From Terriglobia bacterium (GTDB lineage Bacteria > Acidobacteriota > Terriglobia > 2-12-FULL-54-10), in the NCBI GenBank assembly GCA_963666975.2, contig CAXVYR010000004.1, forward strand, positions 704,001 through 768,000: 64,000 nucleotides of DNA. The letters are read 5' to 3'. Below the pieces are notes generated by a model that did not search any database, was not told the DNA's origin, and saw only the letters and a list, made by a program, of their open reading frames with translations. Shown here piece after piece: positions 1 to 9,328 of the stretch. Numbering within the stretch: the first letter of the stretch is position 1; every line of letters starts with the position of its first letter. The translations under genes and the position numbers were made by a program.

Positions 1-116
1 TCGGCCAACATCGGATCGCGGGCTAACAAGCGGAGCAAGGCCCTTTCGGTCTTCTGCAGCCGCACGAGAGTCTCCCAGCAAAGCCGGAGCAGAGGCCAAA
101 ATCCTTCCTCGATCGG

Positions 117-270
117 TCACGCAACGACGAGGGATACTTTGCCATGGTTCTTGCTAGTGGGTCTGACGGTGATCTCCACATCTTGTCCCAGGGCGGTGAG
201 AAAGTCCATCAGGCGGCTCGACGGAGAAGGCTCCGGACTGGCCGCGCTTGAGGCTGGAAACGTGCGGCTG
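117..270 (-). pseudogene. C-terminal fragment of XRE/HTH antitoxin-like protein, frameshifted
   Basis: Reads QPHVSSLKRGQSGAFSVE / RLMDFLTALGQDVEITVRPT...* with a 1-nt insertion; no N-terminus. Confidence 0.6.
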
Positions 271-297
271 CCATCTGCACTTCAATCTGCCGCAGGA

Positions 298-404
298 TCG
301 TTACGATCTGTTCTGGTTTGTAATTCCTTATTGGCATGACCTGACTTCCTCCTCAAGTGGATTCTCTCTCTTTCCACTTTGTACAAAAGGGGCCGGTCAG
401 GTCA
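298..404 (-). mobile_element. IS3-family left end plus first codons of orfA (relic)
   Basis: TGACCTGACCGG end, RBS GAGGAGG, then MPIRNYKPEQIV; similar end at 17039. Confidence 0.55.
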
Positions 405-502
405 GACTGGAGGTTCGCTGAAAAAAGAGTCCAGGCGGCCAGTTTTTATTCCTCTCTTTTGGTTGGTCTCTTGGGAGGACGGAGGAACTGGTGCGGGATT
501 GT

Positions 503-706
503 CTATTGGTCCTTTTCCTTTGGTCGCCGTTGGGAAAGGAAGTGCTGGAAATACTTGGGGCCTTCCTTTTCGTAAGACTCGATACCGTAAGTGAGAAACA
601 TCTCGCACACCTGCGAAATACTTCTGGCTTCGTGCCTCGCAACTCTTTCTAGACTCTTCTTCAGTTCAGCAGGAATGCGAAATCCTAGCGGCGCGTCCTT
701 TTTCAT
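503..706 (-). CDS. Ribbon-helix-helix (CopG/Arc-like) regulator
   Basis: MKKDAPLGFRIPAELKKSLERVARHEARSISQV RHH pattern; divergent from the 809 operon. Confidence 0.75.
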   Translation of the reverse strand: MKKDAPLGFRIPAELKKSLERVARHEARSISQVCEMFLTYGIESYEKEGPKYFQHFLSQRRPKEKDQ

Positions 707-751
707 AGCCAACAATTGTAAGAGAATCTCCACAACATTCCAACAATTCTC

Positions 752-799
752 TTGACAAGAAAAATAACCAATGTATTATAATGTTATAGATTGTTATAG
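752..799 (+). promoter_or_regulatory. Sigma70-type promoter with TGTTATAG direct repeats (putative RHH operator)
   Basis: TTGACA at 752, TATTAT/TATAAT at 774-782, TGTTATAG twice in 782-799, AGGAG RBS before ATG 809. Confidence 0.55.
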
Positions 800-808
800 G
801 AGTGCAGC

Positions 809-1585
809 ATGAAACGAAAAAGTTCCTCAAAACACTTACTGTTTAGGAAGAATCTCCGGATTACGAAAAAGTTGTGGCCCAGTGCAGTCAGTAAGGATCA
901 GGCTGAAGGATTGGAAGCACTTACCGCTAGATACTTGTTTTCTGTTGCCATAGGCGATTTAATCCTCCTCGATGGCAAATGGTACGTCACCCACGCTGGC
1001 CTACTGCGCTTGGCCACCCGCAGTCGTTGTTCCGGCATCCGAGTGCAGCCAGTGCGTGAGTTCTGCGACGCCTCCACGAGCCGTTGGGTCTTCAAAGCGA
1101 CCGTTTACAAGTCCCCTCGGTCGAAAGGCTTCGTCGGTTACGGCGACGCCGATCCCTCCAATGTTTCCTCCTTGGTCCGCGGAGCCGAGATGCGCATGGC
1201 CGAAACCAGAGCCGTCAACCGGGCCCTCCGCAAGGCCTATGGGATCGGGCTGTGTTCAGTGGAGGAGATCGGGTCCTTCCCTCCCCCAAGCAAACCTACC
1301 AGTGACTCTGTAAAAGCTCTCACACAAATTGCGAAGATCGTCCCCGGCAACGGCCAACCGCGACTCCGCGATCGGCTCTGCCAGTTGATCCGCCAATACA
1401 GTCTGGATCCCACTCTGGTCAAACACTACGCAGCGGATTTCTGCGAAACCGAGAACCTGCGCGACGCCACCCGGGACCGCGTTGAAGCCTTTATTAAGAA
1501 TTTGGCTGAGCAGGCAGCCAAAGATCGAGCCGGGCTCCTATGCCAGCTTAACAGCTACGTACAGCCTCGGGAGGTGAAACCATGA
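809..1585 (+). CDS. Putative Rad52/Sak-like single-strand annealing protein
   Basis: Beta-rich core ending GYGDA...MAETRAVNRALRKAYGIG like the Rad52/Sak/ERF helix, then a Pro-rich linker and helical tail. Confidence 0.55.
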   Translation: MKRKSSSKHLLFRKNLRITKKLWPSAVSKDQAEGLEALTARYLFSVAIGDLILLDGKWYVTHAGLLRLATRSRCSGIRVQPVREFCDASTSRWVFKATVYKSPRSKGFVGYGDADPSNVSSLVRGAEMRMAETRAVNRALRKAYGIGLCSVEEIGSFPPPSKPTSDSVKALTQIAKIVPGNGQPRLRDRLCQLIRQYSLDPTLVKHYAADFCETENLRDATRDRVEAFIKNLAEQAAKDRAGLLCQLNSYVQPREVKP

Positions 1586-2004
1586 GACGTGAAATCCCAG
1601 GCCTCCACCAGAAAGCACAGTATAAGGACGAGATTCCGGAGGGCCTCTTCCTGGTCCGGGTCGAGCGGGCCTTCTACCGCTACCATCCGCAGAAGCCCTT
1701 CTTTGCAGTTCGCTTTGCTGTCATCCAGCCCGAGGAGTTTACTGGAGAGGCGTTGCCTGGCCGGCTCTACTGTACCCCCAAAGCCCTGTGGAAGCTCAGA
1801 TGGTTCCTGTGTGACTTCAGCTATGACGCAGAATTGTTTGGCCGGGATGTGATCGATGAAAAACTTCTCCTCGGCCTCCGCGGGATCATCAAGGTCTCCC
1901 ATACCACAATCAACGGCCGTTCCTTTCTCAATCTGGATGGCTTTGCCTCAGCGGATAAGTGGGAGGAGCTTTCAGCCTCTCCTGTCGGCAGCCGCGAAAG
2001 CTAG
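1582..2004 (+). CDS. Hypothetical OB-fold/SSB-like (DUF669-like) protein
   Basis: EIPEGLFLVRV...ALWKLRWFL...LLGLRGIIKVSH pattern; ATGA overlap with upstream gene. Confidence 0.45.
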   Translation: MRREIPGLHQKAQYKDEIPEGLFLVRVERAFYRYHPQKPFFAVRFAVIQPEEFTGEALPGRLYCTPKALWKLRWFLCDFSYDAELFGRDVIDEKLLLGLRGIIKVSHTTINGRSFLNLDGFASADKWEELSASPVGSRES

Positions 2005-2014
2005 GAGGAGAGCA

Positions 2015-2818
2015 ATGACCTATAGCTACACCCAGATCAGCCAATACCTGGGCTGTCCCCGCCGCTATCGTCACCGTTATCTAGACGGCTGGAGGGAGAA
2101 GGATGCCCGGGCCGCAATGGTTTTCGGACGGGTGTTTGAGAAAGCCCTAGCCGCGTTTTTCCGCAGAGAGGATAGCGCCGCTGTCCTGTTCAAAGAGTGG
2201 GGAGCCTATCGTGAGGCCTCTTTGGTATACACCACCGGCGATTCCTGGGACCGAATGGTCCGGCAGGGTGTGCAGCTGCTCGAACGATTGGCTCAAGACA
2301 ACCGCATCCGCATCCCCCAACCGCGCCACAACATGCAGGTGAAGCTGCTGCGTCCACTCTCGAACGGGAACGACTTTGTGGCCTATGTCGATGCCATCGG
2401 CTATCTTGACGCCACTCGCTGCCTGATTGAATGGAAAACGACGGGCAGCCGCTACCCGGAACAGCCAGAGGGCTTACTGGCTCTTGATCCTCAGCTTGTC
2501 TGCTACTCCTGGATCAGCGGTATTGCAGAGGTGGCCATGGTGGTATTTGTACGCAAACGCATGCCAGAAATCCAATACCTGCGCACTTCCATCACTGAAG
2601 AACAACGCCAGGAGTTTGGGCAATTGGTCGAAGAGTCGATTTCTCGGATCGAGGCTGGACGCTTCCTGCCTCACACGGGCATCCGCTTCCCCCAGAATGG
2701 CTGCGTGAGCTGCCCTCACCTGGGTCTCTGCCTGGGGAAGCAAGACCTTGTCGATTCCAAACTGATCCGCCGACCGGGAGCAAGTGACCTTGAATGGCTT
2801 GACCAGCTTGAATACTAA
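2015..2818 (+). CDS. PD-(D/E)XK nuclease, Cas4/AddB-like, with Fe-S cysteines
   Basis: SYTQISQYLGCPRRY, YVDAI...LIEWKT, QLVCY, C-terminal CVSCPHLGLC; RBS AGGAGGAG. Confidence 0.85.
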   Translation: MTYSYTQISQYLGCPRRYRHRYLDGWREKDARAAMVFGRVFEKALAAFFRREDSAAVLFKEWGAYREASLVYTTGDSWDRMVRQGVQLLERLAQDNRIRIPQPRHNMQVKLLRPLSNGNDFVAYVDAIGYLDATRCLIEWKTTGSRYPEQPEGLLALDPQLVCYSWISGIAEVAMVVFVRKRMPEIQYLRTSITEEQRQEFGQLVEESISRIEAGRFLPHTGIRFPQNGCVSCPHLGLCLGKQDLVDSKLIRRPGASDLEWLDQLEY

Positions 2819-3557
2819 CGAGCGTCCCATCGTGGCTCCGAAACTCAACCACCGCCGGGCTCTTTTCGTGTTAGCCAAGATCGATGAGATCCTATCCTGG
2901 GAGCAAAGGGTGGAGCATGAACGAGACATCCGCTTTGTGGATTTGGGCCGCTACCTGTGCGAAGTCCGCTCCGGCCAGTACTGGCGTCTCGACAAGCTCG
3001 TTTCCTTCGATGAGTTTTTGGAGAAACGCTTCCCAGAGTCTCGGCGCAAGGCTTACTACCTGATGGCTATCCACGAGCATTTGCCAAGGGAAGTGCGAAG
3101 GGAGCTGAAACAAGTGGGCTGGGCAAAGGCGTCTGAGCTCGTCAAGGTAGCTCGTTCAGATGGGCAGGAGTTCGATTGTGCAATCTGGTTGCACAAAGCA
3201 CACTCCATGCCGACCGAGGCTCTCAAGCGGGAGGTCGAACGGCACCTGACGGGAAAAGAGACCGAGCCTTGGGAGATCATCTACTTCAAGGTGTACAAGA
3301 GCCAGTTGCCGGTTGTCGAGCAAGCCCTAGAAACGGCAGGACTGATGCTCGGTACCGATAAATCCCGTGGCTACTGCCTGGAGATGATCTGTGCGGACTT
3401 TCTGGCTGGAGCCAACATTGAAAATGTCAGCTCCGATGCCCTGCTCTTATCCCTCTGCAAGCTTTTCGAGCTTCTTCCTAGCTCGCAGAAAGGGAGGTTT
3501 TTGGAGCAGGTTGATGCAATCCATGATCCAGTTTCATCCCAAGCGACCGCGGATTAG
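2784..3557 (+). CDS. Hypothetical helical protein (start may be TTG 2808)
   Basis: Long ORF coupled to both neighbours; SFDEFLEKRFPESRRKAYYLM resembles phage DUF3102-type segments; diverged partial copy at 5532-5615. Confidence 0.75.
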   Translation: MTLNGLTSLNTNERPIVAPKLNHRRALFVLAKIDEILSWEQRVEHERDIRFVDLGRYLCEVRSGQYWRLDKLVSFDEFLEKRFPESRRKAYYLMAIHEHLPREVRRELKQVGWAKASELVKVARSDGQEFDCAIWLHKAHSMPTEALKREVERHLTGKETEPWEIIYFKVYKSQLPVVEQALETAGLMLGTDKSRGYCLEMICADFLAGANIENVSSDALLLSLCKLFELLPSSQKGRFLEQVDAIHDPVSSQATAD

Positions 3558-3762
3558 GCTTGCCAAGGAATCCTACCGAAGCCTGCGCCTACAAGTGCTG
3601 GAGCGGGACGGATGGCGGTGCCAGTCTTGTGGTTCTCTTTCTAACCTGCAAGTTCACCACCTCCAGAGCCGGAGCCATCGGGGGGATGATTCCGGGGAAA
3701 ATCTCCTGACCCTCTGTGCGCAGTGTCATCGAAACGTTCACATCCCAGGGAGAAACCAGTAG
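3523..3762 (+). CDS. Small HNH endonuclease
   Basis: VLERDGWRCQSCG...VHH...NLLTLCAQCH. Confidence 0.85.
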   Translation: MIQFHPKRPRIRLAKESYRSLRLQVLERDGWRCQSCGSLSNLQVHHLQSRSHRGDDSGENLLTLCAQCHRNVHIPGRNQ

Positions 3763-3908
3763 CTGATATGCCCCCGAGGTAGTTCGTAAACGAGAGTTCC
3801 CGGTCAGTAGCGTTTCTTGAAGTCCCTGATCGACAATGCAGTTCCCCTTTGGTGGCGGGAGGATATAAGGGCTGCCGGAGGTGCCGACCTCCGATGCGCA
3901 CCCTCCTC

Positions 3909-4343
3909 CTATCCCTTTTTCTTTTCTGCCCTCTCGAGGATCTTCAGGAACACAGCGGGTGTGATGATTTGAACGTTTCGATACTTCTTCAAGGCCAGGA
4001 GGTCCTTGTCACCGCTCACCACATACCGAGCCTTCCCTTCAAGAGCTGCAGCCAGAAACTTGTCGTCTACGGGATCCCGACTTGCGTGTACCTCGATGGT
4101 TCCCGCCACTAGGTGGCATTCCTGAGCGAGGAGCTCAAGCAACAGGACGATCTCCTGCTCGCTCATCCAGCGGTATCTCTGGAGTTTTTCGTAGAGGAGC
4201 ACGCGTCCGATTTCTTGAAGGATGCTCGGCGAGAGGACTAACTCAAACCCACTGTGCCGCCAGGAGCGGAGGATGCGGTCTTCGTTTCCGCCGCGGATGA
4301 GGGTAGCGGAGACAACAACATTCGTATCGAGAACTGCCCTCAT
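3909..4343 (-). CDS. PIN-domain toxin
   Basis: MRAVLDTNVVVSA...RDPVDDKFLAAA...VVSGDKDLL. Confidence 0.9.
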   Translation of the reverse strand: MRAVLDTNVVVSATLIRGGNEDRILRSWRHSGFELVLSPSILQEIGRVLLYEKLQRYRWMSEQEIVLLLELLAQECHLVAGTIEVHASRDPVDDKFLAAALEGKARYVVSGDKDLLALKKYRNVQIITPAVFLKILERAEKKKG

Positions 4344-4627
4344 GGGCGAGACGGTCGTACCTGCCGCCGAGCGGCGATGACCGCCTCACGGACTATCTTT
4401 CGCACCTCCTGAGACCGGCTGCTTCTCGTCCGCGATTGCACCGCACTAATGAGCGCGAACAAATGCTCTTGGGATGCTTTCTTTCGAACTTCTCTCGTCT
4501 CGACGTAGAAGCGCAGCGCCTCCCGCAGGAGCTCCGATTTTGTTCGGTTTTCTTCTTGTGCTACCGCTTCGGCTTTCTTGAGTAAGGGTGGCGGGAGCGA
4601 AATTGTCATCAATCTACGGGTACTCAT
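4340..4627 (-). CDS. RHH antitoxin
   Basis: MTISLPPPLLKKAEAVAQEENRTKSELLREALRFY; overlaps the PIN gene start. Confidence 0.85.
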   Translation of the reverse strand: MSTRRLMTISLPPPLLKKAEAVAQEENRTKSELLREALRFYVETREVRKKASQEHLFALISAVQSRTRSSRSQEVRKIVREAVIAARRQVRPSRP

Positions 4628-4736
4628 AAGAGATGCCTCTTTCAGATTGTCATACAATGCATTACTAGCTTATCATCCAGCCACTTACCGTGTCAAGCGA
4701 CAACCGGACGGCTGCTCCCCTAGTTGGACAGAAGGT

Positions 4737-5045
4737 TTAAGCCGCAGATCGGGGCAGGACCTCGCGCTCGATCCGCTCCCGAAGCGCATCCTCGGCGAGG
4801 TCCAAGTCATATTTAGCTTGCAGATTTATCCACATTTCCGCCGAGGTGCCGAAATACCGCGCGAGCCGCATCGCCGTGTCGGCAGTGATGCTGCGGTCGC
4901 CTTTCAGAATCTGGGTGATCCGATTTGCCGGGATGCGCAGCGCCAGCGCCAGAGCATTGGCGGATTGGCCGCCTTCCTTCAGGATCTCCTGCAACGCCTC
5001 CCCGGGATGAATTGGAGGCAGCTTTCTCCGTTTGCTATGGGGCAT
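4737..5045 (-). CDS. higA: HigA family antitoxin
   Basis: PPIHPGEAL...ITADTAMRLARYFGTSAEMWINLQAKYDL. Confidence 0.9.
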   Translation of the reverse strand: MPHSKRRKLPPIHPGEALQEILKEGGQSANALALALRIPANRITQILKGDRSITADTAMRLARYFGTSAEMWINLQAKYDLDLAEDALRERIEREVLPRSAA

Positions 5046-5331
5046 ATTCCTTCTCCAAGTGGTAGTCCACGATCTCGACATCGCAGGCATCTCCGGCGCG
5101 CCAGACGAAGCAGATGCGGTACCGGTCATTGATCCGGATGCTGTACTGTCCCTTGCGGTCTCCTTTCAAGGCTTCCAGGCGCAGGCCGGGCAACCTTAAA
5201 TCTCCAAGCGATCGGGCCGCATGGAGAAATCCCAGGCGTACCCTCGCTGTGTGATCGATGGACTGAAACTTCTTGCTGAACTCTCGATTCCATAGCTGCT
5301 GGGTTTCTTTATCCTTGATCGTCCGGATCAT
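5035..5331 (-). CDS. higB: HigB (RelE/ParE family) toxin
   Basis: MIRTIKDKET...LEALKGDRKGQYSIRINDRYRICFVW...EIVDYH, upstream of higA. Confidence 0.9.
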   Translation of the reverse strand: MIRTIKDKETQQLWNREFSKKFQSIDHTARVRLGFLHAARSLGDLRLPGLRLEALKGDRKGQYSIRINDRYRICFVWRAGDACDVEIVDYHLEKEYAP

Positions 5332-5383
5332 ACCTAGGGCATAGTACGCCACGCATAAAGAACCTGTCAAGCTAAGATACCCG

Positions 5384-5615
5384 GTGCTGATTACCGGCGG
5401 CTATCGCTCGGCCGAGTTGAACCGCAAAGTCGGCGGCGCGTCCGTTAGCTACCACTGCGCCACGCCGACCCGTTGTGCCGCCGACATCCAGGTGCCAGGC
5501 TTGGCGCTCGCAGAGCTCTTCCGGTGGCTGTGCTGGGCAAAGGCGGCTGAGCTAGTCAAGGTCGCTCGTTCGGATGGGCAGGAGTTCGATTGTGCAATCT
5601 GGTTGCACAAAGCAC
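5384..5615 (+). pseudogene. Chimera of a peptidase M15 fragment and an 84-bp copy of 3118-3201
   Basis: ITGGYRSAELNRKVGGASVSYH...AADI (M15 motif) joined in frame to WAKAAELVKVARSDGQEFDCAIWLHKA. Confidence 0.65.
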
Positions 5616-5785
5616 GATGCGAAGTGGCTGCCGAGGACCGGGAACCGAAAACCGGCATGCAGCTACCGGGGCGCCTCCAGGCGGGCACTTAGAATTGAAA
5701 GTAGGGGAAGAACTTGATAGCGATGGTGTTACAATCACTTGTACGTATGAGATTTGAACCCAAATCGAAAAGAGGGGTAGATAGG

Positions 5786-6022
5786 ATGGGCACAACTATC
5801 AAGGCTCGTTTTTCTGCCGGCGTCTTGAAACCTTTGGAAAAGCTGGAGCTCGGGGAAGGTGAGGAGGTCACTGTTACCATTGTAACTTTGCCCCCCTCAA
5901 CTCCTGCAGACTGGTTGAAGCGAACTGCCGGTGGTTGGGAAAGGCTAGTCGATGCAGAAAAGTTTAAGCGGGAAGTTTATGAGAGCCGTCTGTTAACGAC
6001 CCGCCCAGAACCCCGGCTATGA
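5786..6022 (+). CDS. AF2212/DUF104-like antitoxin
   Basis: MGTTIKARFSAGVLKPLEKLELGEGEEVTVTI. Confidence 0.8.
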   Translation: MGTTIKARFSAGVLKPLEKLELGEGEEVTVTIVTLPPSTPADWLKRTAGGWERLVDAEKFKREVYESRLLTTRPEPRL

Positions 6023-6054
6023 CATTGGCTTCCTTCCTCATTGACACCGACTGA
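6019..6054 (+). pseudogene. 11-codon stub of a VapC/PIN toxin
   Basis: ATGA overlap with the antitoxin; MTLASFLIDTD* resembles a PIN N-terminal strand. Confidence 0.55.
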
Positions 6055-6265
6055 CCAGGAGGCTTACCGGCAACTACGGCAGCAAGTATTTGAAAGAGAT
6101 GGATGGCGCTGCCAAAGCTGTGGGCGCTTGAGAGATCTGCATGTGCATCATATACAGCCCCGCAGCGCACAGGGAAATGATCTCGAAGGGAATTTGATTA
6201 CCCTGTGCACGACTTGTCACTATAACCTTCATCTACAGAAGAAAAGCCTTCCAACAATAGGTTAG
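6041..6265 (+). CDS. HNH endonuclease, paralog of 3523-3762, probably 5'-truncated
   Basis: YRQLRQQVFERDGWRCQSCG...VHH...NLITLCTTCH. Confidence 0.7.
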   Translation: MTPTDQEAYRQLRQQVFERDGWRCQSCGRLRDLHVHHIQPRSAQGNDLEGNLITLCTTCHYNLHLQKKSLPTIG

Positions 6266-6407
6266 ACCTGGGGTATGTGAGTCGAAGCTTCGTGTTCCCC
6301 CAAGCATGGGTGAATTCAACGCGGCCGCTATCATACGATTCACATTCAGAACAGCAAGACGGATTCCAGTCTTTTGGGCATGGCAGTTGGCAGACGTGCC
6401 CTGAAAT

Positions 6408-7658
6408 CTACCGTTTAATACTCTTTACCACCCATTCAAGCAAAGCACTATATTCCTTGGCAGTTCTCTTGCGAGAAAGCTTGTTTACCGCATATTGACG
6501 ACCATTCCGACCAAGCGTTTGTCGCAGTTCATGATTGTTATAGAGCTGTTTAATTGCGCTTACCAGTACAGTTGTGTTTTCAGGTTCAACGTAGATTCCT
6601 GCGCGCGCCTCTTCCAGAAGCTCGCGGGCCTGCCCGTCTACACCCAGAATCACGGGACGACCGCAGGAGAGAAACTCCAGCATCTTCGTTGGGATCACAG
6701 TCTGGAAGATGTCGGCTTTCCTAAGCACGACCAGGCAAACATCCGAGGCTCGGATCACGGCCGCTATTTTTTCGCGGGGCTGCTGGGAAATAAAACGCAC
6801 GTTTCCCAACTTTCTTTCGCGCGCCGCCTGAATCAAACGGTCCTTTTCAGCTCCCTCACCCACAAAGAGAAACACAATATTCGGTTCGGTTTGCTCCAGC
6901 CTGGCCGCAGCTTCCAGCACGACACCCAACCCGTGGGCCGCCCCTATGGTCCCAATAAAAGACACAACAAATTTTCCCAGAAGAACCAAATCACTCTTCC
7001 AATCCGTTCCGTCGCTCTCCGGGGCGAACAGGTCCGTTTCCACACCGTTTTGCACTACGGAAATTTTTTCCGGATTCACCTTCCACTGGGAAACCAGTTC
7101 CCTCTTGAAGGCTGGCGTGACAACTACGATATGGTCCGACGTGCGGTAAAGAAAGGCGGCCAATTTCTGCAAAGTCGAGTACAGTAGTGATTGCTTGCCT
7201 CCGATTCCGGAGGCGAAAATGGATTCCGGCCACAGGTCCCGGATTTCCAGGATGAAGGGAACGCGCTTCACCCGGCTCAGCCACCAAGCCGTCAGGCCGA
7301 CCAAAAGCTGAGGGGAGGTCCCGATCACCACGTCCGGCCGGGCTAACATGCTCCCCGTCAGACAGGAGGAGAAAAAAAACGAAGCGTAATTCAGGACTCT
7401 CTCGAGAGGCTTCCGGTTGGGCAGAGGCAGTAGCCAGGTGCGTACCACATTCACCCCGCCCAACTGCTCTCTGCTGACTAGCCGCCGGAACCGGGACCGA
7501 TACTCCGGCAGCACGACACCAGTGGGGTGGTTGGGGAAACCGGTGAGGACGGTAACCTGGTGGTTTGCCCTCACCCAGTGAAGGGATAGTTCCGACACAC
7601 GGGCGGCTGGTGCGCCCATCTCCGGCGGGAAATATTGCGATACATAGAGAATTTTCAT
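6408..7658 (-). CDS. Glycosyltransferase family 4 (WbuB-like)
   Basis: MKILYVSQYFPPEMGAPAAR, DLWPES, IPTKMLEFLSCGRPV. Confidence 0.9.
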   Translation of the reverse strand: MKILYVSQYFPPEMGAPAARVSELSLHWVRANHQVTVLTGFPNHPTGVVLPEYRSRFRRLVSREQLGGVNVVRTWLLPLPNRKPLERVLNYASFFFSSCLTGSMLARPDVVIGTSPQLLVGLTAWWLSRVKRVPFILEIRDLWPESIFASGIGGKQSLLYSTLQKLAAFLYRTSDHIVVVTPAFKRELVSQWKVNPEKISVVQNGVETDLFAPESDGTDWKSDLVLLGKFVVSFIGTIGAAHGLGVVLEAAARLEQTEPNIVFLFVGEGAEKDRLIQAARERKLGNVRFISQQPREKIAAVIRASDVCLVVLRKADIFQTVIPTKMLEFLSCGRPVILGVDGQARELLEEARAGIYVEPENTTVLVSAIKQLYNNHELRQTLGRNGRQYAVNKLSRKRTAKEYSALLEWVVKSIKR

Positions 7659-7719
7659 GCTTAGGCTAAGGACTAAAGAGGGTCAACATCCCCTTGTCCA
7701 GTGGGGGGTATCCGTTTTT

Positions 7720-9328
7720 TCAAGAATTGACTGGTGGCGAGACAACCTCTATTTTTGATACGATTCGATTTCCACTTGCCGCGCTGTCCAAACGGGAGAG
7801 TGTAACTAAGATGTGGCTTGCATCTCCCAGCTTCAAGCGGAGCTCATCCGGCTCACTTTGCTCTATCCAGGTGGAACCGTTGAACAGAACTGCCGTAATT
7901 AGACGGATCGGTAGCTGCCCACAAACATCCAACACAATGGAAGAGGTAGACTTCAACTCACCATAGGTCGGCGACACCCATCCGCGGACAGCCGTTAGTG
8001 AGGCTGAAATTGGAAAATCGGGAGGAACACTGGCCTTACCGCCGCGCACTAGATACACCCGGCCTTGTATGGAGCCGTATAGGTAAAGGGCTCCAGAGCC
8101 TTTATTCCCTTCCCAGTGACCTTCCCATGGCCATTGGGATTGAATGGTTAGCGGCAAGTTTGTCAGTAGCCAATGAAGGCTTGCTTGGTGCTCTCCTTTT
8201 CCCAATAATTCATCCACGATCAACCAACCAAAATCCTTCAGGCGCTGAACCGCCCTTCGGTGTGTGATTCCTAACCGCCGGTAGCCATCATGCTCACCTT
8301 CGAAGTAGTCCCATGCATTCAACTCGGTTGGACAAAATGACAGGACGGTTCCCTGAGCCCAATCAACCCATAGGAACCTCCCCAAACGCCACATTTGATC
8401 CATGTGATCTACAGTAACCGTATTGTGGGGCGCTGTTCCTGCTAGGCCATTGTCCCAGGGAGGTTCGCCATTGTACAAATATGTACCCGCGTCTTGCGCC
8501 ACGTTCGTCCCGCGCCACCATAGGTCAACGTGCAGCTGGTCCGCCTGAAACGGACGTCTGTTGTATCGGGCACAACGAACCAAGGCCCAAGAGTTGTCCC
8601 GGCCCAGCACATAATCCCCCCCACTCTGACCTGGTTTTTCCAATGGGGTACTCTTCGCTGATGGCAGCGCAGCTTTCCGATGACGGTCTTGATAGCCTGG
8701 ACCCAATAGCCAGGCCGATAGCTCATCCCAAGGTCCGGCAGCAAACGGAGGAGGACACCCCTGGGAACGAAATGCAACTTGCACAATGGATCGATAGTCG
8801 CCAAATGCATGGGGGGCTAGGTCCAGCACTAGACTACCGTCATTGGGGCCCTGGTTCGGGACTCTTCCACTGGTCCTTTCGGTCATTCGCAAAATATGGC
8901 GTGCTGCCCGTAGTACTATTTTTCCAAATACTGCATCCCAACCAAATCTGTACAACTCACCAAGCCGAAGTGCCCAAAGGCCCAAGTGTAAAACCATGCG
9001 TTGATAGTTGGAGGAATGTTGGATGTGCGAGCCGTCTTCAGCCAATTGATCTCGTATACCTTCAGCAAACAGACGAGCACCAAGGGTTTGCCAGCGAGTA
9101 GCCCATCGTAGCTCAGGGAAAAGAGTCCCTGCGGTCCAGAGACCGACTGCTTCCGAAATCAAATGATTACTCCGTTGAGACCGCGCATAACGGGTGGTTC
9201 TCTCAATGCGCCACGCGTGAGCACAAATCAGCGAAAACAGCCTGCCAACTCTTTCTGGGGTAGTGGACGGGGACTCCAGAAAACCATATAGCCCGAAAGA
9301 CCAAGCCAGGATACGAAGAGCTGATTCC
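7720..9328 (-). pseudogene. Heparinase II/III family protein, 5'-truncated by IS
   Basis: ESALRILAW...NHLISEA, QHSSNYQR, GPNDG, DAGTYLY, HNTVTVD; frame stays open up to the IS boundary with no native start. Confidence 0.8.

Noticed and set aside
2015-2818. Cas4 as evidence of a CRISPR-Cas locus
   Set aside because: No cas1/cas2/effector genes and no regularly spaced repeat-spacer array in the window
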